Assembly: GCF_037042905.1 (NCBI RefSeq)
Contig: NC_087251.1
Span: 17,672,001 to 17,736,000, forward strand
Direction: 5' to 3'
DNA: 64,000 nt
Origin: Lytechinus pictus
Taxonomy: Eukaryota
The notes under the pieces were generated by a model. The model worked only from the letters and a program-made list of their open reading frames with translations, was not told where the DNA came from and searched no databases. The stretch's first letter is position 1; every line of letters starts with the position of its first letter. Below, in pieces: positions 13,301 to 28,300 of the stretch. The translations under genes were made by a program, and so were the position numbers.

Positions 13301-16300
13301 TCTGATTGTGGTAATGAAATGATCTGTATGTAAGGAGAAATTTGGAAAACAGAATGATCAGGGGACCGTTTCATAAAGCTGTTCGTACGTTAAGAGCGAC
13401 TTTAAGAACGACTGGTGATCCTTTCTTGGGGTAAATAATATACACAAAAACCTTCATTGGCGAGGGTTTTGCGCGTAAGAAAGGATCACCAGTCGTTCTT
13501 AAAGTCGCTCTTAACTTACGAACAGCTTTATGAAACACCCACCAGGTTTGAAAGGAATCTGACATGGAATATGAAAGTAGGTTTCCCACTGTTTTATGCA
13601 TATGTAATTATCAGGAATATTTTGCTTTCTCTGAAGCACAAATATATATAGCATGTTGTTACATCCCCCCCCAAAAAAAAAAATTATAGTTATGAAAACT
13701 TTTGAAAAAAAGATAAAAAATTTAAGCCATTTAGTGTATTGAAGCAAGGAGTTATCCCTACTGTACACCACAATGAAGTCACCAACATGCATGAGACAAA
13801 ATTTGCAATCTTTACACCCATAGTGATAAAAAGTCCTTTAAAAATTCATAAATTTCTTATTTTCACCTATTTCATTCTCTGAATAATCTGTTTTTATTCA
13901 AATAGGGTTCCCTTCTGAAAACTAACAAATCAAAGCAATTAAGCTGATTGGTAATACTACCTTTAGTTATCATGAAACAAAAGTTGAGAATTCACTAGTT
14001 ATTCCAGAATAAATTTTTAGGTAATATCTATTTTTAGAAAGGAAACATTTGTGAAATTAGGTCAATTCAAGACCAAAATTATAATGTTAAATACTTCTTA
14101 TTTATCAAGGTGGAAGGCTTGAAGCTTATCATTCACTTCTAGCTAGCTACTCTTTTGCTATTTTTTTCTTCAAAGATATTGTTTTAACTCACCTCTTGGA
14201 GTTTGGCAAGTTTCCTAAGGGCACCGTCCTTCTCTTCTTTCTCGTCTGCCAGCTGGCCTCTCAATTCATTGCAGTTAGTTTCCAGCTTCTTGATCTCTGC
14301 TCGAAGGCTATCATTAGATGTAGCCTCCTGCTCTAACTTCTTCAGCTTCAGGGCTAAGTTCTTGACAGTCTGATCCGACTTCTCAGCAAGGAGCTTGAGT
14401 TCTTCACATTCTGCTTTCAAGCAATTCACCTCCTCTTCCTGAAATAAAGATGAAATAAACATGTTCAAAAGACAAATTTCATAGAAACACAACCTAATAA
14501 GTTGCTTACAAGAAAATGATCAGAGAGAGAGGGGGGCTGCATCAAGCCTAAAATAAAAAAGAAGAAAACTTAATGAGTTTATCTGTGGTATTTTGTTACA
14601 CTAGATTGGACGAGAATAAAGGAGATATCTTACATAATTTTTGCACATCTGAGAAGACTGATCGAGTTGTGTTGTCAAGTCATCAACGGTTGACCTGAAC
14701 TCCAGTAAAGATGATTCCAGGTTTCTGGTTTGTTCCGTCTTTGCTTTATTCTCTACACGGGCTTCTTCCAAGCCATTCTCCAGGGTTTCTAAAGTCTTTG
14801 CATGCTGCAGGTTCAAGCAAAAAAATAGAAAAAAATTAATAATATTCTAATCACAACCAAACAGTATTTTCTATATTTTTCATATGAACCAGCAATTAAG
14901 TAACTTTCATTAATGATTTTTGTCACAAACATAATATAACTCATTTCAAAGCCCATCACTCAATAAAGGTAACAATTTTATACAGGCAAGTATGATGAGA
15001 TATTTTTACTTGGATAAAATAAGAATTTCCATATCAGAAAAACAACAACCAGATAATTGCCCTATTCATTACGCAAAACTATGACTTTCATGCTATTACT
15101 TAATCAAAGTTGTCAGAAATAATGAAAATGTTAATAATGGTGATGATGAGGAGGCATGATGATGGAAAGGGGATAAGATGATAAAGAAGAAAATGAAGAG
15201 GAGGAATATGAGGTGAAGGAAAGATATAAAAAGACAAATAAAGTGCCTCCACAAAATCAAGAACAGATGACAAAACAAGGAGAGTCATATTTCCAAAGTT
15301 GGAAAACAAAGGTATCCATTACATACTTGTTTCTTCAGATCTTCTATCTTTGCCAATCCATCTTCTTCTGCTGTTTGAAGCTTCTGCTCATAAGCTTCCG
15401 TCTCCATTGTCAAATCTCTTTGGGCTTTCTTCAGGTCACTATACATCTGTTGCAACTGCTTCTCGACATCCTGCTTCTCACTGACTAGTGCTTCCATCTC
15501 CAACTGGAAAGAAAAACAAATAAACAAGGTTTATACCAATGGGAAAAAAAAACCTCAGGGAACTGGCCAACAGAGCAAGTTGAAAACTATCTGCATAAAT
15601 TTTCAGCTGGTCGATTATAAACTGATACTTGGAATGAACTGACGTAGAAGAAATCACTCCTCTAAATAAATTACACATCTTTCATTGATACTTTGATTTT
15701 TTTTTAAATTCCAAGACTTTTCTCGACTTTCCCGAGCTGGGGCCTAAATATTGCATTTAAATGCAAGTCATAAATCAAGCGCACGTCCTAAATAAAATGT
15801 GTGCCTTTGAAAGTCAAGTACATTACTCTTATGAATAAAGTGTTTTGTATCAGCACATTGATGGAGCTACAAAGCTGGTCTGAGTTGCATGCAAGGACAG
15901 ACCAAGTCTGATTTTATTAATTAAAAAAAACAAACATAAAGTCAAATTTCCTCATCTGTATCAGTCATCACAGTATTCATCCTTGTCAATGCAGAATAAT
16001 GCAAATGACTGAAGGAGCTAAAATGCTTCAAGAAGAAATCATATTCACCTTCTTGCTCTCTCCATCTTCCAAAGCAGCTGCCAGCTTCCATTCAACCTCC
16101 CTGATAGCTTGCTCATGCATGCCCTTGGAACTTTCCACATCCTGGATACTCTTCTGGAGTGTTTCAATGATCTTGGTCTTCTCTTCAATCTCCGGTTGTA
16201 ACTGGGATGACTCGGTCTCCAAGAAGGCATGTGTCTCCAGCAGGTTATTGTATTTCTCCTCCATTGTAGAGAGCTCAGTTTCCAGGTTCTTGATCCTTTT

Positions 16301-19300
16301 CTCTAGGTCAGAGCCTTTGGTTTGCTGGCTCTGAATCTCTGCGGCTAGAGACATTTCTGCATCCGCAAGCTGGTCCTTCTCAGACTCCAGGCTGTCAATC
16401 TGGCTCTGAAGGTTAGTATTCCTTTCATTAAGGATGTTAACCTCTTGGGAATAACTTTCTATCCTGACTGTTGATTCTTTAATCTCCTGACTCATGCTCT
16501 TCATCTCCTCTTTCAAACCTTTTATAACCTCTTCCTTCTCTTCTGCACTATGCTCAGCAACTTCCCTATCTTCTTGCTCCTTCTTAATCATATCTTCCTG
16601 TTTGGCCAAATTCTTCTCCAAATTCACCTTCTCTTCCTTTTCCTTGGTGATGTTTATCAGCAGAAGCTCATATTCCTCTCTAGCTTCTGACAACTCTGAG
16701 GCATACATAGCCAGTTTGTTATCTACACTGTCTTTGTCCTTGCTCATCTCATCTTCAAGAGTTGCAAGATTTTTCTCAACATCGCTCTTGAGTTGTTCTA
16801 CTTGGTTTAGTTTTTCTTCTGTTTTCTTAAGCTCATTTTGCAGCTCACACTTTTCAGCTTGAAAAACTTCCTCAATGGACTTGCCCTCTTCCAGCTTGGC
16901 CTCAGCAGTGTCAATTTCTGACCGAAGACGTTTAATTTCATCCTGGGACAGCATGAGCTCATTCTTAGCCTCAGCAACTTCCTGGTCTTTGGCACTGATT
17001 TCATCCTTGAGGTCACCGATTTCATTACAGAGCTGATCAAACTCGGATTTGCTAGCCTCGTCCATCTGAAGTTTCTCTGATTCATTGCTACTGAGCTGCA
17101 TCTGAAGGGACTCAAGCTCTTTCTTCAAAGCATCATTCCTGGCCTGGAGGGAGTCCATATCTTGCACCATGTCTCCAGTCTCGACTAACAGCTCTTCTGT
17201 CTGATCGTGGAGAGCCTCATTTTCTTCCCTAAGTACAGCTATCTCATTGTCCTTCTCAGCAATTTTAGTCAAGGTTTCCATCCCATCTTGTTCCATGTTT
17301 TCCATATCTTTAGCTTTCTTCTCAATCTGCCCTTCTAAATCTGAAATATCTTTCTTCAGTACTGTCATCTGGCCATTTTGGCTCTCAACAATTTCTTTAA
17401 GCTCAGTAACCTGAGATTCAAGCAGGTTTTTCTCTGTAGAGTATGCCATGATCTTTTCATTCAATTGATAATTTTCTTCAGCATATCTGTTTAGATTCTC
17501 TTCTAAGTCAGTTAATTTGTGCTTCCATTCTGATAGTTGTGCCATTGTGGTTTCTATATTTTCATTCTTTTCTATCAAATCTTTTTCATAATGATGAATC
17601 TTTTCTTCTAATTTTGAGATGACATCTTTCAACTCTTGATTTGCTGTTTCCATTGAGGCGAGATTATTGGCAAGATTTTTATTTTCCGATATTTGCATAT
17701 CTTTTTGTTGACGCTCCACAGAGAAATCTCCCTCCAGCTTATTTTCCACAGCTTTCAGCTCATTCTGCAGAGATGAGACCATATCTTTGTTGGCTGTTAA
17801 TTCCTCTTCCAGCATTCTTTTGCTGCTTTTGACTACTTCCAATTTTTGCTTGAGATCTTCAACATCACTACTCAAAGCTGTGTCATTTTCTTTCAGTTGT
17901 TGCACTTGCTTCTGTGCATTCATAACTTCCTCTTCCAAAAAACTGATTTTGTCTTTATATTGCAGTGCATCTTCCTCAAGGGCTGAGTTTTGTATCTGTA
18001 TGAAAGCTTTATCACTCTCCACCATCTCTTCTCTTGACTTGATAGCTTCTAATTCAGACTGAGCTGAACGCATTTGATACTCTGCTTCTTCCTTTGTTTG
18101 CTTGACATCTGTCAACTGTGTCTGCAAATCAGTAAGCCTGGAATTGAGGACTTCATTCTCTGTTTCCATGGTGTTCACCTTTGATTGCAACTCTTCATTT
18201 TCAATGGTTAATGATCCTTCATCCCTCGTGTGTGTCATCTTGAGATTTAGTAGCTCTTCCTCAGTAGTCTTCTTAGAAGTCTCAAGATCATGAAGCTTTT
18301 CTAAAGAAGATTCCAAATCATGTTCAAGTTTTGTCGATCTGTCTGTCTGAATTTGCAGCTGATGTTCCAGTTCAGCACGGACTTCGCTGAAATCTTTATC
18401 TGCTTTCATGGTGGAATCGTGGCTTTCTCTCAATTCAGCTTGCAGGAGATCAATGCGACTTGCGGCGACACGTACCTTTGCATCTGATTCATTGCAAAGC
18501 TGCTCAGCTTTCTCAGCAGTCAGTTGATGACATTCTATCAAAGCCTCTGCCTCACTGATGTCAGCTTGAAGTTTGATAATCTTTCCATTGCTGTCTTGCA
18601 GCTCACTTTCCAGGCTATCTACCTTCTTTTCCTGAACTGACAGAAGCTTCTGGAGTCTCTCGTGTTCAGCTGCAACTTTTTCAGCCTCAACCTCTACGAG
18701 ACATGCATTCTCCTCTCGGAGAGTCTCAAGCTGTTTCTGGAGGAATTCTAATTCAGTAGTGTGGGCTTCCTTCAATTTAGACATAGCATCATCCTGTTCT
18801 GCAATAGACTCCAAAAAGACAAACTTTTCACTGTCCCTTGATTCCTCAAGTGCCAGTATTCTCTGCTGATGAGTCTCGACAGCTTCTTCCTTCGATGCAA
18901 CTTGCCTCTCTAGGTCTCTCACGACAGCTTCTTTTTCTGCTTGTTCACTTTTCAATTTTTCTTCCAGTTTTTCCAATTTACCATCCTGGGCTTCCAAACG
19001 CACTTGTAAGTCTTCAACAGTGTTGTTGATTCTGTCACAGTTAGCACTCTTCTCAGAAAGGGTATCTCTCAATTCCAGATTTTCCTTCTTCAAATCTGTG
19101 ATTTCTTGTTGAAGTCTGTTCTCAACAGCATGCGAGTGATCCAATCCTTTCTGAGCAAGTTCTCTGCTCTCTTCAAGTTCTGAAACAAGGTGACGTTTTT
19201 CTCCATCTAGCCCTGATACTTTCAGCTCCAGCTCAACATGTGTAGCCTTTGCCTGTAAAAGTTCACTCCTTGTCTCCTCTAATGAGGACTTAATATTTTC

Positions 19301-22300
19301 AAGCTCATTTGCCTGCCTTTGGAACTCATTTTGCCTTTCATCGAGTTCTGAAGACAACTGATGAATTTGTCCATTCAGTCCTAGAACCTTCATGTCAGAT
19401 TCTGTCACTGCTATGCTGGTATCATCAAGTTCATTCTTCAGTTTCACTATAGCTTCTTCTGTTGTTTGCTTGTAAAGGGCATGCTTTTCATTCTGAGTTG
19501 CCATCTCAGCATTTTTATCTTCAAGCTCATCCTTTAGCTTCATGATCTCTTCATCCCTTAGCTCTCTAACCTCCCTGACATCTGTCAATTCATCTCTCAG
19601 CTTACTCAACTCGTGCTCCTTTGATGCTAGTTCAGAATGCATGTTTCTCTGGCTGTTTGAAAGACCTTCTTCAACCTCATCCAATTCTATCTGCATCCTT
19701 TCAATCTCTGCTTCCTTGTCACTCAGATGTTGCTCCAAATCACAGATCTTATTGCCCTGTTCATCCAGGTGTCTTTTCTGGGTTTCCATCTTCAGAGTAA
19801 GAACTTCAACAGTCCTTTCCAAGTCTGCTTTCCTTTCTACCAGGGAGGCCTTTTCTTGGTTTATTTCCTCAAGAGCTGTTGTTGTTTCTTTGAGAGTATC
19901 TTGCAACACTTTCATACTATTTTCTAAGTCACTTGTATTGCCTTTCAGTTCTTGAACTTGCAACATCAGATTCTCTCTTTCTGTATCAGCCTCCTTCTGT
20001 ACCTCTTCCCTGCTGCTTTTGACAGAAAGCAACTCAGACTGGATCGAATCAAGAGTATCTTGATTTGCAAGGAGAGATTTTTCCTGATCTGAGATAGTTT
20101 GCCTGAGGTTCCTAACCATCTCATCAGCATTCCTCTCCTTTTCTGCCAATGCTGTTTTCACTTCATCAACAGTCTGCTGTAGAGTGTGTTGTAGAATTTC
20201 AGAAGAGACTGTCACATCTGATGAGAGGAAACAAAGGAGGGAGAAAAATCCTGATGAAATAGAAATAAACTTTCAGATCTTATATCACACAACTAAATCA
20301 ATGGAAGAAAGCAAACTCAGTCCCCACTGGAAAGAAGAGTTGATCAGGTGAGCGTTGAAAGGATTTGTTGGATGTTTTATCTGACAAAGTCCGTTTTAAT
20401 CAACAGATACCATAGTAACATTATTTCTCAGCCAAATGAAAATCAAAGAAAGTTGTCAGGTCTGATGAAATTATTGGATGACAAATATTGATGAAATGCT
20501 ACCAAGGTTGTTAATAAATGGTAAAAAAGAAGTAGTTTTTGTTCCAATACCAAAAACAAAAACCATTTTCATTCACTTATAGCTGTGTATCACGCCTCTA
20601 TTTACAATACAAGATTGTATCTTTGTAGAAACAATAAAAGATTGAAAACCATATACATCAATAACAATTCTTTTAAAAGATCATCTATTAAAAAAAAGGG
20701 GAATAGATCTTCACTTACCTGTGAGTCTTCCATTTTCCTGTTTCAATGAATCCAAAGCCTGAGTGAGTCCAGCTATTTCCTCTTGTCTCGCTCTCAAGAG
20801 ATCAGCACCCTTTTCATTCTCCGAGTCAGCTACTGAGAGTTTGCCCTCAACATCTGAGAGGTTTTTCTGCAGTGAGGAAATCTGTTCATTGGTTGCATTC
20901 TTCAGTGCTTCCAACTCCTTGTAAAGTTCTGCTGCCTCAGATTCTTTCTTCAGGAGGACATCATTTAATTTTTCATGCTCAGTGTGAGCAGACGAGACAC
21001 TGTTCTCGAGCTCCCTGACCTTCGATTCCATTTCTTTCTCCCTATTATTTATGAGGTTATTCTCCTGCTTCAATGCATCCAATTCCTGGGTAAGTGCGGC
21101 TATTTCTTCTTGTCTTGCTCTCAAGAGATCAGCACTCTTTTCATTCTCTGAGTCAGCTATTGAGAGCTTACCCTCAACATTTACGAGGCTATTCTGCAGT
21201 GAGGAAATCTGCTCATCAGTGGCATCCTTCAGTGCTTCCAACTCCTTACAAAGTTCTGCTGCATCTGATTCTTTCTTCATGAGGACATCCTGCAATTTTT
21301 CATGTTCGGTGCGAACAGATGATACATTGTCCTCAAGCTCCCTGACCTTCAACTCCATTTCTTTCTCCCTATTATCTATCAAATTATTTTCCTGCTTCAA
21401 TGCGTCCAATGCCTGGGTAAGTCCAGCTATTTCTTCTTGTCTTGCACTCAAGAGATCTGTACTCTTTTCATTCTCCAATTCAGCTATTGAGAATTTACCC
21501 TCAACAATTACGAGGCTATTCTGCAGTGAGGAAATCTGTTCATCGGTATCGTTCTTCAGTGCTTCCAACTCCTTACAAAGTTCTGCTGCCTCTGATTCTT
21601 TCTTCAAGAGGACATCCTGCAATTTTTCATGTTCAATGTGAGCAGATGAGACATTGTTCTCGAGCTCCCTTACCTTCAATTCCATCTCCTTCTCCCTATT
21701 ATCGATAAGATTATGTAACTCATCCAGCTCACGACTCTGGTGCTCCAGCGTAGATTCTTTCGTCTTCATGAGCTCCTTGACATCATCGTACTGATGGCAA
21801 AGCTCTACATGCTTCATCTCAAGCTCTTTGAAACTCTCCATGTTAGCATTCACAGTTACTCTCATTTGTCCCAGCTCTTGGTCAGATGATTCTACCCTGG
21901 TAGCCAGCTGACTCAGTTCTGCTTTTTTCTGTTCAATGACCCTTTCCTGTTGCTCAAACTTCATGGAAAACTCCTCACTGCATCTGGTTGACTCCTCAAG
22001 ACTCTTCTCCAAGTCACGTGCAGTCGAATCAATCTGCTTCTGCAAGTCAAAGAGTTCCTTCTCCAAACGAAGCACTTCATCACCTCTTGTTCCGAGTAAA
22101 CCTTGTCTCTCTTCCATGTCCATCTCAAGCAATTTGAGCTTTTCGTTTGCTGACTCCTTTTCTTCTTGAAGTTTGGAAGCCCCTTCAGCAAGGATGACAA
22201 CATCCTGCTCAAGGCTAGTTATCTTGGCTTCAAGGTTTGCAATCTCTTCATCCTTCTTGGAGGAACTACTTGATGCTTGTTCAACCTTCTCTGAAAGTTG

Positions 22301-25300
22301 GCAATTTGAAGCTTCAAGTTCCTGAATCTGCTTCTCGAAAGAAGTTGTTTGTTTCTGAAGCAATATTTGAAGCTTATCCAGCTCGGCTTGGGTGGATTCT
22401 ACCTCGTCTTTACTTGCGTTGAGCTGTTCTGTGGCAACTTCCATCTGTTCCTTCAGAAGACCATTTGTCTTTTCCAACTCAGAAATGGATTTCATGTTCT
22501 TCTCATCGCTTGAAGAGAGTTCATCTAGCTTCTTCTCACTTGCTACCAGCTGCTGAAGTAAATCCTCTACTTCCCTGTTCTTGGCCTCTCCAAATTGCTG
22601 AGCCTGTTCATTATTCTCCTTGAGATTCCTAACTTCTTCTTGAAGCTTTGTAGCTTCCACAGTTGAATGATCAAACCGTGACGCAAGATCTTGAAGTTCT
22701 GCATCTTTTTCTTCTTTTTCATTGTGGAGCTTATCCAACTTTTCTTTAAGACCCTCCAGAGTAGCTGAAAGTGAAATAGAACAACAAAAAGTAAAATGAA
22801 AGTACAATATACACCCAAAAGAACACTCTACACATACGTTTCAATATTCATTTCAAACGTGCATGATTACTTGAACTGTTCAGTTAAAAAATCTTGGAAC
22901 CATAGATTCTGATCAACTCAAGAGAAACTAAACTTTAGTGATTATTTTGACTTCTGGAAAGATGTAATGGCCAAATCCATCCAAACAAGCTAATTTGGTA
23001 AATACAGAAAATTAAAATAAGCGGAATACTGAAAACTACATGTAAATCAGATGTAAAATATGTAAGTTACAAATTTTAAGTTTTGCACAATATACAAATA
23101 TAGATTTTTTTCTTGCTTGAAACAGGTAATATTACGACATTGTTGCATTGTTCTAAGTGAGCGCCCGCTGATTATTTGCTTTCAATACTATGATTCTTCG
23201 CTCTTTACCTAGTACTCTACCTCCATCAGGGTAATTGCAAGTAGCAAACAAACAGAACAAATATGTCTGCACCAATATAATTCAAGCATGAAAATTTAGA
23301 ACTCCTACTCGATAATCTTATTTAAATACTCTGACTAGGCTGATTAATTGGGGGGGGGGGAATTTTAATATCATAAGTGACAGTTTTAAAGGAAATTCAA
23401 ATTCTGAGTCTGATTGATTTTCAGGCTATCATGACACTGATTTTCTGTTGTATCTCTGTATTTCACAAGTCCAGCTGGCATCAGAAAAAAAAAATAATAA
23501 AAACACCTTTTGACTCAGGCCTATTTCTAGCCAACATCATTCAGAATTTATAAAGTGAAGTTTGGTGAATAACCGTTTAATCAACTTCACAAATCAATGA
23601 CGACGAAATGAGATCCCGAGTAAGCAAAGATCGATAAGGAGTGGGGAGGCAATCAGCAAGAGGCACATATGCATATTGCTTTGAATCTTAGCATCCAAGA
23701 AAGTAAACAAAAAAATGACAGGGAAAAAAATGAATAAGTAGAAGGTGCATTTGAAATCTTACTTTGAAACTGTTTTTCATTGTCTTCCAGTGTATCACCT
23801 ACACACTCCAGGTCTTCTTGAAGACAGCAGAGTTGTGCTTCCTTCTGCGCTAACTGCTGGGTCACCTCTTTCAGATCGTTTGTCGCAGTCCTGAAATAAT
23901 GGAATTAAAACGATTAAAACACAGCCACATGGCATGCTTTGCAAGTAGTCTGCATTGCTTCATGGATTGTGAGAGAAAATTACGACTCAGCTGAATTCAT
24001 CCCTCTTACATACATGTATCAGATTTTTAAACTTAGAATGTTAAAATCTAGTTTAAATGAATCATTCATTATTTTATTTTGTCTTTTTTCATTTTATTTC
24101 ATTCACTTTATTTTCTAATTTATCTATTCTATTATTACTTTTTTATTCATTTCATTTATTCATTTTTTTGGGGGGGGGGGAGTCCAACAAACAAAAGCAT
24201 TATTATTTGATTATGATAGTGAAAATTTTCACAATACCATTCAGAAATCTATCATCACCTTTTCATTGGACATTATTGAAATGATGAAATCCAAGTGTAT
24301 AAACATCATATTTTTGAAAACTCACTGATTGGCAGATTCTGCATTTCGCATGCTTTCCTCTGTCATGGTAACTCTGTCTCGCAGCTTCTCCACTTCGGTT
24401 TCTGAAGCTTGCAGCTTGTCAAATAAATCTGTAACCTCTGCAGCCTTGGTGTCAGCCAGCTCACAAGCTTTCTTGTAACTGTCCTGGAGTGTTTGGTTCT
24501 GTTGTCGGAGTGTCTGCAATGATGCTTCCAGGTTGGCAGTCTTGTCTTTGACCTCAGCTTGTAGGGCTTTGACTTCCTCAGCTTTGGCCTCGAGTGCAAA
24601 GGATAGAGATCCTTTCTCATTGGTCAGTGAGTCAACCTCTTGCTTCAGCTCCTCCTGACTATTTTGCATCTCCTGCAATCTGGTCTCTCTACCCTTCAAC
24701 TCCTCTTCAGCCTTAGAAAGCTGCTTCTGAAGAGAGGATACCTCACTCTCCTTGGAACAGAGAGCCTCTGACTTGGCTGCTATCATGTCATCCTTTAGCT
24801 TATCAGATTTTTCCAAGGCAGCCTTGGATTCCTTTAACTCTTCCTCCAAGTTGGCAACTGTCTTCTTCAACTCAGCAGCCATTGTATCAAGTTCTGATTG
24901 CTTAGCTGACCAATCATCATCTTTCTTTCTGATAATACTCTTGCTGGTTGTGAGGTTGTCTTCGATTTCTGAGATATTCTTTTGTAGTTCACACATGGTT
25001 GCATTCTTGCAATCAATGTCCATTTCAAGGTGAGTAATCTGGCCCTTCAGGGACGAGACTTCTGTATTCATTGCATTGACTTTACCTTCATTGGTCTTCT
25101 CAGTATTCTGTAGTTCAACTTGTAGTTCCTGAATCTTTGCACTCCTCTCTTTTACAGTTTTATCTTTCTGGTCCATTTGAAGTTGAATATTTTCAGAGTT
25201 TGCTTGATTCTCTCTAAGTTTGGATTCCAATTCAGTAACTTTATCCTTGGACTTCTGCAAATTACACTCACAATCTGCAATCCTGTTGTCTTTTGCATCA

Positions 25301-28300
25301 AGCTCTTTCTCCAGTTTCTTTTTCTCTTCAAGAAGCATGTTCTGATGTGACATGGCATCTTTCATACTCTTCTCGATAGATGTCATCTCTGATTTGATCT
25401 TCTTCACTTCATCCTCCTTTTGCTTCGTCTCCTCTCCCATTTTGTTCTTCTCCGTCTCCAACTGCTGGTATTCTCTTTCAAGCTTCTCTGCCTTCTGCTC
25501 ATGCTTCTTGGCGAGGTCATTGGCCGAGTCATATTTGGATTTGACATCTGCAAGCTGAATCTTCAAGTTCTCAACCAGGTTGTTGATCTCCTTCACACGG
25601 TTGTCACATTTAGACTCCAGGCTTTCCATGTCAAGGTCTTTCTCCATCATCTTCCCTCTCAAGTCACTGTTGACATTCTCACTCTGCTGAAGCTCTCGCT
25701 TTGCTTTCTCTAATTCTCCTTCCACTCGCATTACTTTGCATTCGCTCTGTTCCATCTTGAAAACCAAGCCTTCTTTTTCTTTCTTGAGGTTCTCAATGCT
25801 CTTGTTCAACTTCTCGACAACCTGATCATGATTCCTCAAACTTTGGTCTGCACCTTGCACCTGGAATTCATAAAAACAAAAACAAAAATGAACTTGATTT
25901 GTTTTTTGATATAGATGCTTGCACAAAATATTGTTTGCAATAAACGTGGTGAATACCTGAATACTCAAAATTGCATCTGCTGAATATTTTCCTATATTAT
26001 GTATTACTCAAGTTTTGTAGCATTAAAACGAAATATAAAATTCTATTCATGATATACAAAATTCCAGAAAATGCAACCCCCCCCCCCCAAAAAAAAAAAG
26101 GAGTCAATTCTGAAAATTCCTGCCGTGATAAACAATTTATTTATGGGAAATTGAAATATACAGCATTCAGCAACCAAAAAATTACTTTTTTTCTTTCCAG
26201 GGCTCTTTTTGGAGAAACTTAAAATTTTTCCAGGGCTACTTTTTCATTTTCCAGGGCTCTTTTTCCACTTTCCAGGGCTACAATTTCTGGAGCTATTTCG
26301 CGGCTTTTTTGCGTTTGTGTGTGTGTGGGGGTGTGTGTGTGTGTGTGTGTGTGCCACATTGAAGGGATGCTGGTCAGCAGTGCAGGGCTGCTCTGCTGCA
26401 GGCTCTGCTTTAACAAGATGTACTGTACATGCGGTGCGTTCAACGCTAGCGGGCGTGTATATTTTGCTTATTACATGACGTCATCCAGCCACTGCCGAGA
26501 GCCAATTTATGAATGAAAATATAGTAAGCATGCGCAGTGCAAGCCTTCCATAGCCCCACACAGTATTCCACCAAAACAAGTGTGCAATACTCTATCACCT
26601 CGTACCAAAATCGACCTAGAATTTCACTTTCCTATAATTTATATGAATTATGAAAGGTATTCTCGGAGGATCTATTTTCTCACCGATACCGAACAGGTAA
26701 GCGAATTTCGATTACTTCTTGATTTTCGGTCAAAATCTTACTAATTAGCGTTGATATAGCATCGTGTTCGTTGGAGTTTGTAGAGTCTATCGCAACGTGT
26801 ACAAAGTCAATTGATTTCCGGGTTTCGGAGCGTCGCGTGAATATGCATGAAATTGCCGAGTCTCGATAATTTTCGATCGATACTGGAGCGATCCGATCAC
26901 GAACCAAGACCATTTCCCGCGTAGACAATGTGACCGGATATCGTTATCGCTATCGATACTTTCGCACGCAGTCCAAAGAAATTATTTTTGCGACCACGTA
27001 GTCATGACGTGATCTGCGCGATTGGCCAATCAGCGGTCTCCGATTCGCTGAGCCGAGACGGTCTATTCGTTGTACACAGTCTACGGACAATTTGCCACTG
27101 TGAAATATACAGTGTTGACGGGGGCGATTATGAGTTTTGCAGTCGCCCTCGTGTGAATGTTTTTAGCCCTTTTCCAGGGCTCTTTTTGGACTTTCCGGGG
27201 CGAATTCGCCCGCCGCCCCCGTGTAATTTTTTGGTTGGCATTCAGGGAAGACATTGGCCAGTAGCACAGCTCTTGCACTTTCACTTATGGTCCCCCAAAA
27301 GATGACTAACACAATATCTTCTCTCAATAGAGTAGATTTAAAGGCAGTCCTTCACTTTAATAATTTCATGGAGCTCAATAAATCGCTCTCCTTATTTTGT
27401 TTTTCGAGAAGCTCAATTAAGCTCCTCAGAATCGCTCTCCTCTGGAAAAGATCAATTTAATACAATATGCTAAATTGTAGATATTTCTTTAAATTGTAAA
27501 TGCAATAAGTACTGTGTAGCTATTAATTAATCTGTGGTGAAACTAGGCCTGGGTCATTCCTTTTTTTAAATATCGCGCTCCTTATTAAAAAAAAAAAATT
27601 ACCAAAAGTTGCTCAAATTTCACATATTACATCTTTAAATCCATGAAATGGCCATCTATTTTCCATAATTCCTTAAAATTATTTTGATTTAGTTGAAACC
27701 TATCAAGAAAATGAAGAATAATCAGCTCTTTCTCGACTCTGATTGATGATGTTATAATCGGTTAATATTGTAGTGCCACATGTAGACTTCCATGGTGTTG
27801 CAACATAAACTGAAAACGATCGTTGAGCGTTATTGATCGTCTTGGTCAACACCATGAAAATCTACATATGGGACTACAATATTTACCGAGTTTTAACATT
27901 ATAAATCAGAGTCAAGAAAAAATTGAATATTCTTCATTTTTTTGGTAGTTTCCAATGAAATCAAAAAATTTCAAGGAAAATAGATGCCTATTTCATGAAT
28001 TTAAAGATGTAAAATGTGAAATTTCAGCAACTTTTGGTGAAGGTTTTTTGTTCTAATTTTTTTTTGGAGTGCGGTAGGAGCGCCGGCTCAATTGCGCTCC
28101 TCAAAATTAAAGGTCTGTAAAGGGAAGAAATACCTTTTGCTGCAATTCCTTGAGCTGGGCCTCCAGCTTCTGCTTCTCAAAGGTAGCCTTCTCCATCTGG
28201 GCAGCCAGTTGGTCCTTTTCCTTCGTCAGGCGGTTGACCTCCTGGGTGGACTTGGTCTTGGCCTCGTTCATCTGTTTGTCCATGCTGGTCAGGGTCTGGA

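Noticed and set aside
12481..25713. Many plus-strand Ser/Phe/Leu-rich ORFs (e.g. 12481-13146, 21051-21641)
   Set aside because: Antisense shadows of the E/K-rich CENP-F exons.
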